Source: Lytechinus pictus
Lineage: Eukaryota
Assembly (NCBI RefSeq): GCF_037042905.1
Contig: NC_087252.1
Location: forward strand, 23,066,001-23,130,000
Direction of reading: 5' to 3'
DNA length: 64,000 bases
The position numbers and the translations under genes are program-made. The notes under the pieces are model-generated. The model made no database searches, had not been told where the DNA came from, and was given only the letters and a program-made list of their open reading frames with translations. Shown piece after piece: positions 13,947 through 45,755 of this stretch (position 1 is its first letter; the number at the start of each line of letters is the position of its first letter).

Positions 13947-14521
13947 CCCGGGGGGGGGGGGGGGGGGTCACACAACCATAAAAGTAGTGGGTATGTGCCG
14001 CAGGCGAGACAAAAAACGGGGGCCTTGGAGCGGGCTTATTATAAAAAGGAGGGTCCTCGGAACGAGCTTCGGAACGACAAATGTTTGTGAAAACGGGGGT
14101 CCTTGGAACGGGTCGCTTGCTTGTGCATCCCTATGGAACGGGCATACGTGTATATGCAGCTAGCCCATGAGCTAGCCCAGCGGCACTGGCGCCGGGTGCG
14201 CTAGCGCAGAGGCGATGGTCGGACAGCGCTCAGTGGCCGCTTTACACCAAAATTGCAGCTCATTGTGGCGGATCAATGCGACCGGAACGGCGTAACGAAA
14301 AATATGCGACGCTTTGGAGCGGATTTCTTTCTTCTTTTCTCTCGATAAAAAGAAAATGCTATGCTTCGGAGCGGCTTTCTTAGTTCTTTTTCTTAACAAG
14401 ATGAAAATTGAAAATGCTATGCCCTGGAACGGAAATTTGAGTGTAAAAATGGGGGTCCCCTCCGCGGCACATACCCACTTTGCATTATATACTTAGTGCC
14501 CCCCCCCCCCCCCCCCCCGGG
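13947..14521. mobile_element. Non-autonomous DNA transposon with poly-G/C ends
   Basis: CCCGGG(G)n..GTGGGTATGTGCCGC / GCGGCACATACCCAC..(C)nCCCGGG. 7-bp TSD CCGTGGC/CTGTGGC. Confidence 0.7.
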
Positions 14522-14656
14522 CTGTGGCCCCTGAACTAGTACTGATTTTCAGTATTAAGTACCAGGGAGCTGTTTCATAAAGCTGATCGTAAGTTAAATG
14601 CGACTTTAAGAACGACTAGTGATCCTTTCTTGTGGTATACGATATTGACCATTAAC

Positions 14657-14911
14657 CACTAGCGTACCTAAGTGGGGGGCAGACTGCCCCCCCTGACGAG
14701 TCACAACCCACGCATTTGACATATCCCTGCCCCCCCCCCCCCCCCCCCCCCCTGTCGAGTCTTGAAGACTTTTTTTTTTTTTGCTTGTCAAATTTTTTGG
14801 CGGACGAGATCCTTTATTCGTGGTTGAAGACAGTTTTTTTTTTTTTTTGCTTGTCAAATTTTTGGGCGGACGAATTTGCCCCCCCTGTGGAAAATCCTAG
14901 GTACGCCACTG
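14657..14911. mobile_element. hAT-like MITE nested in another MITE (about 14563-15010)
   Basis: CACTAGCGTACCTA ... TAGGTACGCCACTG with 8-bp TSD CCATTAAC/CCATTTAC. Confidence 0.75.
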
Positions 14912-15990
14912 CCATTTACTGTTCATTGGTGATTATTTAGAGCGTAAGAAAGGTTCACCAGTCATTCTTAAAGTCGCTCTTAACTAAGGAACAGCTTTAT
15001 GAAACTCCCCACAGTAGGCCTACTGAAAAATGAGAATACCCTTATGTTTCATGCAAAATTACTGATTTCTATAGATTCATTTTTAAGTGTTGTCCTATGG
15101 TAATTCTTTGAAAATACAGATTTCCTCCCCTAAATACGGATTTTAAACTTTTAAAATACTGAAATGTACCTGTTCAGGTTGGCAAGTCAGTTAATCTACT
15201 CACCTATCTTCATTATTTAATAAGAAAATTGATTAATATGGATGGATGATAAATGGCTACGTGTAGTGCAATACAAAATAGTGAAAAGACAACCCACCCT
15301 TTTCAGAGAACTCCCCCCTGAAAAGCAATAGCCCTCCCCATCCTTCCTCCCAGTTCTCACTGTTTCGTTGTACTCTGCCCACCCTCCTGACATGAAGAAG
15401 TTTTGCTGTTGGTTCATTGCATATTAACCACCACAGGTAGCCCATGTTGATAGAAATGAATTTGACCCATGCTGAGATTCGATTGCATATCGATCTTATG
15501 ACATTCTCTCCCCCACATTGCGCAATTCCTGCCAACACATACAGGATTTTTCACTCATTACAAGTAAATCCGAATTACAGCTTCAAAAACTCAGCTAAAA
15601 AGCCATGTGATTTTTGCCTTGAATATTCAGTCCTCACCATGTACACATGTAGTGTGTGACGCATTCAGAGGATTAAGCCGAGTGAAAACATACATGTAGC
15701 AGGGGGGAAATTATTTTTTGGGGGGGCTCCACTTTCAATTTTTTTGTAAAATTTCGAGGGCTCCATTTTTATCTTTTGGGTGCTACTTTTTGCATTTTGG
15801 GGGCTCTTTTCAAATGTTACCTTTTTGTATTTTGAGGAATACCTGTTCACGAATTGGCCCGCCGCCCCCGTGTATTTTTTCCCCTGAAATGTAGTCATAA
15901 AATTTGTTACTTTATGGTGTAAATAAGGATCTCTTAATTTCTTTTTATACATTTCCAGAACTGAAGTTGAAGGAGTGAAATCATTCCATC

Positions 15991-34516
<18,526 letters not shown>

Positions 34517-35069
34517 TCCATATAGCCAATATATATATAGCCATAGTTATAATCCTATGTAATCAATGTCCAGTCCCATGCATAGCATTTGATGTCGGTG
34601 GTGGAATGTCTCGAGTACACACTTAACCGTGCCAATTTGTTTTTTGTTATCTGTCTTCTATTTTGGATGGAACTCTGTTTCATATCGTGCAATGGGCCCT
34701 TTTTGGAAAACCGAGGCCATTTTTCAGAGAAACGGAAACTTGATTATGAATTGAGCAGTATTTTGTAATTTTTGTGTTGTGTTTATTCTAGAGATAATAT
34801 GATGCAAAGCGACTTTGTGCTTTCTATTTCAGATTGGCCAAAGATTTTTCAGTGTCAAATTAAAGATTTTCATCATTTCAACAACAAAGTTGTGTATTGC
34901 TCATCAGCATAAATCTATTTTTAAACTGCTGATGTGGTAATCAACTAATGACAATATAGAATTCATGCTTTTCTTGTTAATCCCTTTAAAATCTTTATTT
35001 TAAAGAGAGAAAAAAATCAGTTTACTGAGAGGGAGTTTGTGACCTCAGCAATTCATGTGGTTGGATATA

Positions 35070-35348
35070 CAGTGCATCCCAGAAAGAAAAAATGAAACCA
35101 TAAATTCTTGGCATATTTTTTCCAACATTGCACAGTAAAAGAATTGAAATAATTAATTTGATAAGTGATTCATTCCTTTTTGTTGAGAAATTGGCAACAT
35201 TAGGCAACAGGTATATATTTTAATTATCTTATCGTGTGGTTTCAAGTCAAAGAAGTGAAATCACTTTTACGAAATAAGTGTCAAATCTAATGATTAGGAT
35301 TTGAATAACAGAAAAAAAGGAGTCCTTTTTTTTGTCTGGGATACACTG
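35070..35348. mobile_element. Tc1/mariner-type MITE downstream of the ATP6V1A stop codon
   Basis: TA-CAGTGCATCCCAGA ... TCTGGGATACACTG-TA. Confidence 0.7.
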
Positions 35349-36397
35349 TATTGTTAAGAACTGAGCAAGAGTGAGTCTAAACAAAAGATAAACCAATTAC
35401 ATAAACTTGTAATGGAAAAAAAAAATGTGTTTTTATCTGATCGCATGAATCCATCTACTTTTGCTATTTACTTTATGACTCTAAAAGATTTTTGTATCAA
35501 ATCACTCCTTCGACTGAAATGTATCCTACTCTTTTGCTATAGTTGCACTCGCGAAACCGACTCCAGACCGACAAAAAAATTATTGTTATTATCAATGGCC
35601 AACCGTCAATCAGTTTGGAGTCTGTTTTGTACATGTGCCTGTAGCATTTTATATTATGTAATGCATACAAACTGTAGTTCGGTATTTGACATCTTTATTA
35701 TGTGAAACGTTATTTTCTGTACTTGTTTTCGTTTTTTTTCCATTTCATGTTGTGTTCAGACATTCCAGAATAATGATGAATGATTGAAATCAGTACTGTA
35801 TTATTGTTGTTAAAAAAAGATCACTTGTTGGAATGCTCCCCAGGGAGTGTAAAAAGTGCATCCATCGTGCTTGGGCAAGCCAGGATGCCAGTCCCGGGGT
35901 AATAATAAAGCTGTAAAGCTCTTAATAGCGATGATGGTTGTACCCAAAAAGCGCATACACGTAAAAGGGTAATATGATTATTGATAGGGATTGATCTGTG
36001 TGTGGTATGACCACACCGTGTAGTACCAAGTTGTGGATGTCTATTACATTTACATTTTGTACATGTATGTAATGTACATCTCTACAATGTATGTAGTGTA
36101 CATGTACACAAATTACATATATAGGTTAGATTAGATGTAGAAGTGGTCATCAAATATCCTTTTACAATGATAATGTTCTTTTGATCACCACGGTTACCGT
36201 GATTAATTGAGGTGTATGGCACAGAAACCATATGAATCTGCTAGTTGAATTGTCCCACGCCAACCATGGGTTGCAGACATGAAAGGAACAATTTATCCCT
36301 GGTATTTTCCAGCACCGTCTAAAAAGTGCGCCTTCACCGAAAATTTCAATGCAGCTCATTTAAAAATGAAGAGAAGAGCTCCGCAATTTGAAACGTG

Positions 36398-36702
36398 GAA
36401 GCGCCATGGTGTAGCGGTTCTGACTCTCGACTTGTAATCAGAGGGTCATGTGTTTGAATCCCATCGTTGCCTAGCGTCCTTTGCCAAGGCATCAATCCAC
36501 ACTTTGCCACTCTCACCCAGGTGCTAATTGGGTACCGGACTAGGAAACAACCGTCATTGTGGTTGGTTTAGTAAGTGTGCGCCTAACATGCTGCTTGGAA
36601 TGCTATGAATCCAGTAACCGGGTAATAATAATTGTGAAGCGCTTTGAGCAGTCGTAGATTGATAAAGCGCTATATAAATGCCAATTATTATTATTGTTAT
36701 TA
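36398..36702 (+). mobile_element. tRNA-derived SINE related to family B
   Basis: A-box TGGTGTAGCGG, degenerate B-box, CACTCTCACCCAGG core and a (TTA)n tail. Confidence 0.75.
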
Positions 36703-37115
36703 AACCTCCGTCAATGATATTCTTCGTTATTATACTTGGTGGTGTAATTAGCAGTTATCACTCATTTCATCAGAATTTGATTAATAGCGCTCTACAATAG
36801 TGCAGTATAAGTTGTTATCCCCTTTTTCCTTTTCAACATTTGTAACACATTCTAATGGGACAATAGAATGGCCTGTTTTCTTTCTGATATTGGTTGCTGA
36901 TTAGACTTTAAAAAAAAACAAGACAAAGAAATAAGATATTACTGTTTCATCAGGAGCTGTCATTCCGCACACCTGGGTCCCGTAATATATAGATTAGTGA
37001 TTAGTCGTAAACTTCATTTTCGCGATTAATTGTACATTGTAGTCAATGCAATCAGTCGTTAAACAATGTTCTACGATCATTGCTAAGCTTGTTGTTACGG
37101 TGTCCTTGACACTTT

Positions 37116-37334
37116 GGAGGCGCGATAGCTCAGTCGGTAGAGCGGGGGACTCGTATTCCGGTGACCCGGGTTCGATTCCCACTTGGTGCGCTAGTGCCCT
37201 CTGGTAAGGCATTAATCCTCAGTACCAGGTCCTTCGGAGAGGACCTTAAGCCGTCGGTCCTCTGGTTGCTTGCCTACAAGCATTCATGCTTTCTTAGCAA
37301 TCAGGTAAAAAAATCACCACCAATACCAATACCA
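37116..37334 (+). mobile_element. tRNA-derived SINE, family C
   Basis: TAGCTCAGTCGG A-box, GGTTCGATTCC B-box, non-tRNA body and a (CAC/CAA)n tail. Confidence 0.8.
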
Positions 37335-37526
37335 ACTTCAGCTAGCGTACGCCGATGTACTGTACGTGTGGCAAGTCGTTTTGTCCTATGATCCCATCTT
37401 GTGATATGAAGCCTTCGATTCTTGATGTATTTATATTTCATTTTGAGATCACTGCAAATATCAGAAATGTTATTTCCTTGTATGAAGAATCATTTGTGTA
37501 GTTACCAGAAGGCAATTCCTTGTATC

Positions 37527-37797
37527 AGGGCCCCGTCTTACAAAGAGTTACGATTGATTCAATCGTAACTCTATGGAAATCCATCAGTATCATAATTTTT
37601 TCTACAGGAAATTTGCAAAATGTTCTCTGTAAACAAAGGAGAACACACTGAACTGTCAAGAAATCAATGAATTTATGGATATACATTCTTATCTAGAAAT
37701 TTTATGGAACAAACATGCTTTTTATATGTTGACTTTACTGGCTTTCCATAGTTACGATTGATCGGATCAACCGTAACTCTTTGTAAGACTGGCCCCA
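37527..37797. mobile_element. MITE, same family as 221-748
   Basis: GGGCCCCGTCTTACAAAGAGTTACG ... CGTAACTCTTTGTAAGACTGGCCCC. Confidence 0.75.
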
Positions 37798-38324
37798 GGA
37801 AATGGGATGAAGGAAACGTAAGTCAGCATGTGCTAGTTAAAACGTTCAGTCACTGACAGCCTCTTTAAATAATCACAAATGAACTATCCCTTCCCCATAA
37901 CCCATCCATCCTTTTTATTCTGTATTAAAACAGTTGTACATCTAGCGTTTACTGTAGGTAGAAGGCAACTCATGTTTATCAAATAATATGCAACTATTGG
38001 ACTATTGACCTGTGTCACGTTTTAGATGAAAATTGTATTTTTCTCAATTCATTACTTAAATATACATGTATACACAACAAAATAGGTTCGAATTGTGAAC
38101 CATTGACCCTAGTACATTGGTGCTCAAGATCTTGTAAAGTGTAGTGATTGTTTTCAATGTTTAAATTCATTATTTTAGAAACTATGGAACAAAGGCCGAG
38201 TTATGTTTCTCGAGGAGGGTAAAAAGAAATATTTAGCAATACTGAATGTTAGTTGTGCTGTATGTATGGAACCTAAGTGGATATTTATGGATATTTCCAT
38301 TTTTTTTTAATTTTTCTTTGATTC

Positions 38325-38905
38325 TTCATAAGGCTGCTCGTAAAGTTACGCAAGACTTTACGACTGGAACATGTTCTTTGGTGCTAAGTCAACTACACAG
38401 GGGTATATCATATAGCACAAGACACCGTTCTCACTACCGTCCTAAAACTAGTTTAGTGGAAACTAGTTTAACGTGTAATGAAAGCGGTCTTGGAAGCGAT
38501 CTTCCAAACCGGTTCAGAAAACCACCTCGCGATATAGTTTTAAGATCGCTTTGCTTCGTTAAACCGGTTGTAGCATAAGTAAGGACACACGTTCTTCGGG
38601 AAGCGATCTTCTCACTGGCGTGTGGAGAATGCCTACGCTGCAGTTTCAAATTCCGTGCGAAACTAATAGCGTACCCATAGCAACAAGATCGCTTTCCATG
38701 AAGCGGCCATGAAGTGGTTTTGAAAACCACTTTCGGGTGATAAAATGAGAATGCTAGCAAAGCGATCTTCCAAACTGGTTTCCTGAACCGGTTTCCGGTA
38801 AATTAGTTTTTCTGGTTTGTAGTGAGAATGGTTTCCAAGAAAAAGGTCACAAGTCGTGCATAAGGTCATTCATAACTTACAAACAGCTTTATGAAAAGCC
38901 CACCT
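38325..38905. mobile_element. MITE with a second MITE (about 38421-38836) nested inside
   Basis: Outer TTCATAAGGCTG / CAGCTTTATGAA arms; inner CCGTTCTCACTAC / GTAGTGAGAATGG arms. Confidence 0.6.
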
Positions 38906-41018
38906 GATGCGACTTTGTACTCCTTCTATGCTGTGGCCTAATATTGATAATCCACTGCAATAACATTATTTCATCTTGAATCTATTTTCTTTTATTTGAC
39001 GACACAAACTTAAATCTTAATTCCACTCTTTTTAACAAGATGTATTCACAGTTTTACATTGGCACAGGAATATGCTAAAAAATATGATTATCTGACCCTC
39101 AGACGAAACATTGCAATAAAAATTAAAGCTAGGATTAGACCTTCAAATCCCTGAAATGACTGTTTCCATCTAAAATATGGTTACAGTGTCAAATTCATGG
39201 ACCCATGCCATACACATTGCAGTATTTGACTTCCCTACATTGTACACATCAAGTAATTAATTATACAATACATACATGTAGCTAATTAGAAATCTGTCAC
39301 ACACACTGACATTACATTGTGTAATTAGCCTCTCTTGTGTAATGACACATGCGTCTTAATGAGTCGACACTTGAGAGAGTGCAATCAGTCTAAATTACAT
39401 TTGCATATGCGACAACACTCAAGCAATTTGGATATTACAAGGAGAATGGCATAAGGAGATACATGTATAGGCTCATTCATGATAATTGCACAATGGAAGT
39501 CTTATACAATACTACAGTATATGTATATACAGCACTGTTATATTTGCCTGCTGTTTAAACCCTTCACTCGAGTCAAGGGTCTGAATGTGCAGCCTACTCA
39601 TGCCTTGTGTACTGTAGGCCCTGAAACAGCAAGTTTTGTATGTGCTAGTCTTTGCGTGGAGACACACTTGTTGATCAAAGTTTCATTCAGGGTCTGTGCC
39701 TGCAGACTACTGTTATATTTCTGCATGTGAAGATCTAAGGCCTGTTTCACAAAGACTAACAACTGTTGTAATTTTGCCATTGTATCTTCCATCAAACCTT
39801 GATTGTGATTGGCTGCTGAGCCACATTACGATGGTAGTTGTCATAATAGCGAAGTTACAATCAAGGGCATATTAAAATCCAAGCTGTGAGCCTATTGTCT
39901 ATTGTTCAGGGGGGAGGAGGTGAACTATTGTTTCACCCCCCCCCCCCACTTCTTGAATAGTATGACATCATTGATTTATGCCCATGCTTACAATAATTGT
40001 AACTCTTTGATGAAATGGGCCCAAGGATTAATTTGATGAAAAGTACAAAGACCAAGGCTCTCTGACTCTTAATTGCCCATTATGATAATTATGCAAATCA
40101 CATGCAAATCTCCTCACTGATATGGCTTCATCAAATCTCAACTAATTGGATGGGGTTGTGTCAATAAAGCCTTCTAGTTATGTTTTGTTTATGCCTTTCG
40201 ACTACTGACTTCTAGTCATTCAAAGCCTTTTTACATGGATCATATGTTACAGTAACAAATTGACAATAACAGTTTAAAGCTACTGAATCCTTTGAATTGA
40301 TTGGTTGATCGTGAACTTGTTATAGAATAGTGGCATTTGTTACTATTACAAGTCCTTATTAAATCCGACCCTGGTTCCAGTTTGCAACAGATTAATCAAT
40401 CAATCATGAAGTTTTACCCAGGGGGGTTAATGTCTACAAAGTTGTTACCCAAAATATCAAGATGCAAAGCTCCCTACATAGAAAATCTTTTCTAGCCTTT
40501 CTTTTGATATTTTTTCTCAACATTGTACATTATGAATGAGAAATGATTATCAGATACCTTTCTTTTACTTCCCCTTTTGTAATTCATGATTATTACGATT
40601 ATTTCTATTATATTTTAGTTAATCTAATATTAGTGACATTTTTTGTCATATACGAGCTTGAAACATTGTGATCCTTAGTTTTAATGTTATATGAAAACAT
40701 CTTTTCTTCTTGAGAACATCTTCCTTTCTATGTGTTATAATTATATTCAATGTTTTATTATATCTTGTAATATCCCTTGGGTATGGATGTGATGAATATT
40801 GTCAGCATTTTGAGATGTAAAATTGTAGGGAAATGGAATATATAATAGAAGATGTATATAAATAAATAGTGAAACATGTAATAACAAATGTGTATTGCAA
40901 TGTATTGTTTGTTGGAATCCACTCATTTCCAAATGCAGTAGTTAGGGTGATGTTTGGGTTTAAGTACTCGTGTGGTCCACAAGCAGTTGGTCTGCTTTTC
41001 AGATCCAGTATTACATGT

Positions 41019-41412
41019 GGTAAACTGCCAATTCGTCTATTGCCAATTCGTCCAATCATCGCATGGTCTAACTTCATTTAGTCTAATGCCATTCTGTCCA
41101 TCCACATTTTGTCTAACAGCCATTTGGTCCAATAATCACTTTTTCTAATCACCAGTTCGCCTCGTAACCAGTTGGTCTAATTACCCATTTTCTTTTCATT
41201 TTTTACAATTAACACTTAGTCCAATTAGACCAAATGGTATATGGACTACATAAAATGGCTATTGGACCAACTGTTAATTAGACAAAATGGTGATTGGATG
41301 AAATGGCAATTAGACAATGCGGACAGTGGACAAACTGAAGTTAGACCAAATAATAGCTAGTAGAATAGTTAGTGATTGGATGAATTGGCATTAGACCAAT
41401 TGGAAATAAACC
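41019..41412. mobile_element. MITE with GG..CC ends and short internal repeats
   Basis: Perfect 8-bp TSD TTACATGT; CCAATTCGTC/GATGAATTGG-type repeats. A related copy lies at about 46041-46494. Confidence 0.72.
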
Positions 41413-41831
41413 TTACATGTATACCACATTGACTAAACCAATTTAGTATCAAATCAAGTCTTATTGAAGTTTGGTCTAATATAATCAGTCTATTCTCATG
41501 CCACTTGTCTACTAATTGTTTTGCATACTAGTATTGTCAAATGAAAACTTGACTCATAAGCAGTTCATCTAACCATATAGACCAAGTGGATATGAAATTG
41601 GTTAAGATAAGACCATATGGGATAGGACCAAACAAATGTATATAAGCGGGTGTAACCCAATGTGCCTCAAGGTTGAGTGAATATTGAATAATCATATTTT
41701 CCCAATATTTTCATCATACATTGATCTGAAGAAAACAAACTTATTTTGTTTTATAGTTAAGCTTTTTGTGGCTACATGCATTTTGGAGGGCTAAATGCAC
41801 ATGTGGGTGATTGAGTATAAGCTTTGATATG

Positions 41832-43010
41832 TTTCAATTCAATTCAATTCAATTTTATTTCCACATCTGATTAAAAACACAAGTACAAATTCATATGCAA
41901 ATAGATATATACAATAAAGAAAAAAACATTAAAATGAAACATATTCAGTTCGGAATCATAATGTGGTGGGAATTGACAAAGGCCTATCAGGGTTATTCCC
42001 AAAGGTAATAAAATTTACATAAAATGTTTCTTAAATATATACAAAATATAGAAAACAATAGAAAAAGAAATAGACACACATTGAATTCAAAAATATAAGT
42101 GTAAATGAAATAACAAAAGACAACCAGACATCCTGGACCCCCCCCCCCCCAGGCAATATTTTTAAACTTTATTCTAGGATTCATTTTCAACTAGGTATTT
42201 TTTTAGTTTTCTTTTAAACATATTCAAAGTTGGGCATATTTTGATTTCTTGTGGTAATTTGTTCCAAAACTTAGGACCTGCATAAGAAATGGTAGTTCTT
42301 GAAAAATTATAATTTAGCGTTGGTAGATGGAAAAGATTTGATTGACGGGTCGCATATTTACATACATTTTTATTATACACAAAACAATCTAAAAAAATCT
42401 AAAAACTTCGGAAGTATATTTTTGGAGTACGAAAACATAAATATGCCAATCTGTTGTTTATGTATATCAAAAATTGTTAATATACTGAATTTTTTAAAGA
42501 CAGGAGCACGTATTGCTCGTTTTTTAAGAATGAAGATTCTATTTAGATAGGTCTTTGCACAGCCACCCCATACTATATTACAGTAGTTAAGATATGGCAA
42601 GATCATGCTATTATACAATTTAAGAAGGATATTAAAAGGAACAATTTTCTTTATTCTATTCATTGCACCAATAGCTTTAGATATTTGACATGATACATAA
42701 GATACATGCTCTTTCCATGTCAATTTATTGTCAATTTTAACTCCTAAAAAATTTGTAGAATTTACAATCGATATAATTTGTTGGTTGATATATATTCTTA
42801 TACAAGAAGTATTGATATTTTTATTTTTTGGCTGAAATAACATACAAGAAGTTTTTTCTGCATTTAATTTTAATTTGTTTGCTTTAAACCAAGTATCAAT
42901 TTTTTTTAAGTTCTGTATTAAAAGTAAGACACAATGTATCAATATTTTCACCAGATAGAAATAAACTTGTATCATCTGCAAAAATTATCGATTGTAATAT
43001 ACTGTTGTAG
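41832..43010 (-). mobile_element. 5'-truncated CR1/L2-group LINE (reverse transcriptase 3' end), degenerate
   Basis: Frameshifted fragments IFADDTSLF, WFKANKLKLNAEKT, FLGVKIDNKLTW and YLNYCNIVWG. The 3' tail on the minus strand is AATAAA followed by (TTGAA)n. Confidence 0.88.
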
Positions 43011-44904
43011 CAGATATACAAGGAATTGAATGAGACTGTTGTGAGGGAGGGAGGATGAATAATTAGAGATTGGAATAATGCATGAAACATGTAGAAAAAA
43101 CAACAAAATCTGCAAATTAAGAAGTATTCAAGTTTTATTTAACGAATAGTTGTTACAACAAAATGTTGGTAAGGCGAATACAAGCAGCTATAGAGTATAC
43201 TGTACATTCAGTTTCCACAACGAAACACCCAAGTATAAGAAAAACTGTTTGAGGAATCATTATGACGTCAAACTCAACTACCTTTCTGGAAAGATAATCT
43301 ACAAAAGTACTGTCGGTGACAAAGGATTATAGAGAATAGACAAGTTGTAATGGGAAACTATAAAACAAGAAAATTCTTCATATTTTGGGCAATAACTGTA
43401 ACATAAAATGTCAACATTAACACATGAAAGATACGAAACAAAAACTGTGGTGATATACATGAAGACATGCACACAAGTCATTTTACACCGGTGTTGAAGT
43501 TTTGGTGTTAAGTTAAACATAATGAGGTGTTACCGTAGTACAACACATTTGGTTGTTACTTTAACACCCTGGTATTACAATGTATGTATGTTCAATCTCT
43601 TGGGTGCAATTTTAATATATCAAGTTAATATGGTCCTCTGAGATGACTGTAATTGGATTTAGGTGTAACACCTCACACTGGAAAAGTACCGGTGTAAATT
43701 TAACACCAGCTCGGTATCTATATATATCGGAAAATACATGTACCTGTAGAGGCGTTGAAACAGCACCAGTCCGGCTTTAGGCCAACACCAGATAGGCATT
43801 TAAACAACACTAATCAGTGTTAAACCAATATCAGTTTGATTCTGAAACTGGTGATGCTTCTACTAACACTTCCCTGTATTTTCCGGTATAGATACTGGAA
43901 TGGTGTTAAATCAACACCAGTATTTTTTAGTGCAGTTTTACCAGTGTAGAGTCCATATGAAAGGGTAAAGGGGTGATTTTTAAAAAATGAAATAACAAAA
44001 CGTAGGGACAAGAGAATAAAACTGAAAAGCTCTGATAAAATGTCATAAAAACACACTTAAAAATGAGTCCAACGACTTAATTCATTACAAACTCTTTGTT
44101 GGTTTTCTTAAAGTTAAGTGATATTGTTATCCATTTTAAGGCAAAATACATGTATCCTTCATGCCGGGACTTCATGATCATCAAGTAACCACGTCTCGGG
44201 AAATGCACAACATTTTGTATGTTAAAACTTGCCTTGCGTCAGATATTCCGGTATTTTTTGTTTGAAAAGGAACAAAAGTTCAAGAAACAACTACATAAAT
44301 AACGTTTACTCGGGCTTACATGTTTTAGACTAAAAGTAAAATAATTATTATCAAGAGGTCAAAACATACATGTAATAAAAATGAGCAAAAGACGCATATA
44401 GTCAATCAAAATATTGAAGTAAAAATGAGTTTATCACACACGAAAATCCAAGAATACGCGGTAAAATGAAAAGTAATCCTAAAATGCTTTTTGTAAAAAT
44501 GTGTTGGCGAAATGAGTGCAAATCATACTACATAATTTCTCTCATAATTTCATTGTAAAAAATTACAAGATTCTCTCCTTTTTTCAAAGTTGACATAAAA
44601 ACTTCATGCCAATATGGGAAGATAACATCTGATTAGTCATTTAAGAAAGACACAAAATTGATCATTCAAAAATATTCACAGAACATTAAATATGATTATA
44701 AAAATGGGATTTTGTGTGAATTACATGTATCCATTCGTATTTACAATAAGACTCTGTAGATATACATTCAGTCTGCTCGGTGTGTATGATATAGGCCATC
44801 AGATATATGTGAATCTGTAGAGAGAAGAGAAGAGAGAGGTATGAGAGAGCAATAGAGGGGGAGGGGGTTCACAAATCAGTAAAAACGACGTCACTCTATC
44901 TATA

Positions 44905-45707
44905 TATAAACTTTCAAAGTTATGATGGCAATTCAACAATTACCCCAACATGGCCTAAGTTTATTGACCTTAACTGACCTTTGACCTTGGTTTTGTGACC
45001 TGAAACTCACAGGGGATGTTCAGTGATACTTGATTACTCTTATGTCCAAGTTTTATGAACTAGATCCGTAAACTTTCAGAGTTAGGATGGTAATTTAACA
45101 AATACCCCCAACACAGCCAAAGTTCATTGACCTTAATTGACCATGGTCATGTGACCTGAAACTCGCACAGGATATTCAGTGGTACTTAATTAACCTAATG
45201 TCCAAGTTTCATGAACTAGATCCATATATTTTCAAAGTTATGATAGTAATTCAACAAATACCCCCAACTTGACCAAAGTTCATTGACCCTAAGTGACCTT
45301 TGACCTTAGTCACGTGACCTGAAACTCGAGCAGGATGTTCATCTTATACTTGATTAACCTTATGCCCAAGTTTCATGAACTAGGTCCATATACTTTCTAA
45401 GTTATGATGTCATTTAAAAAACTTAACCTTTGGTTAAGATTTTGAAAATAATTCTCCCAACATGGTCAAAGTTCATTGACCCTAAATGACCTTTTACCTT
45501 GGTCATGTGACCTGAAACTCAGGCAGGATGTTCAGTAATATTTGATTAACCTTATGTCCAAGTTTCATGAACTAGGTCCATAGACTTTCTAAGTTATGAT
45601 GTCATTTCAAAAACTTAACCTTAGGTTAAGATTTGATGTTGACGCCGCCGCCGCCGTCGGAAAAGCGGCGCCTATAGTCTCGCTCTGCTATGCAGGCGAG
45701 ACAAAAA
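44905..45707. mobile_element. Helentron/Helitron-like non-autonomous repeat with internal tandem units
   Basis: About 4-5 units of 160-190 bp rich in TGACCT. Terminal hairpin GTCTCGC..GCGAGAC followed by AAAAA. Confidence 0.55.
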
Positions 45708-45755
45708 TTAAGGTTAATATTTTACCTTGTGCAGAAGTAAAGATGAATGAAAGAA

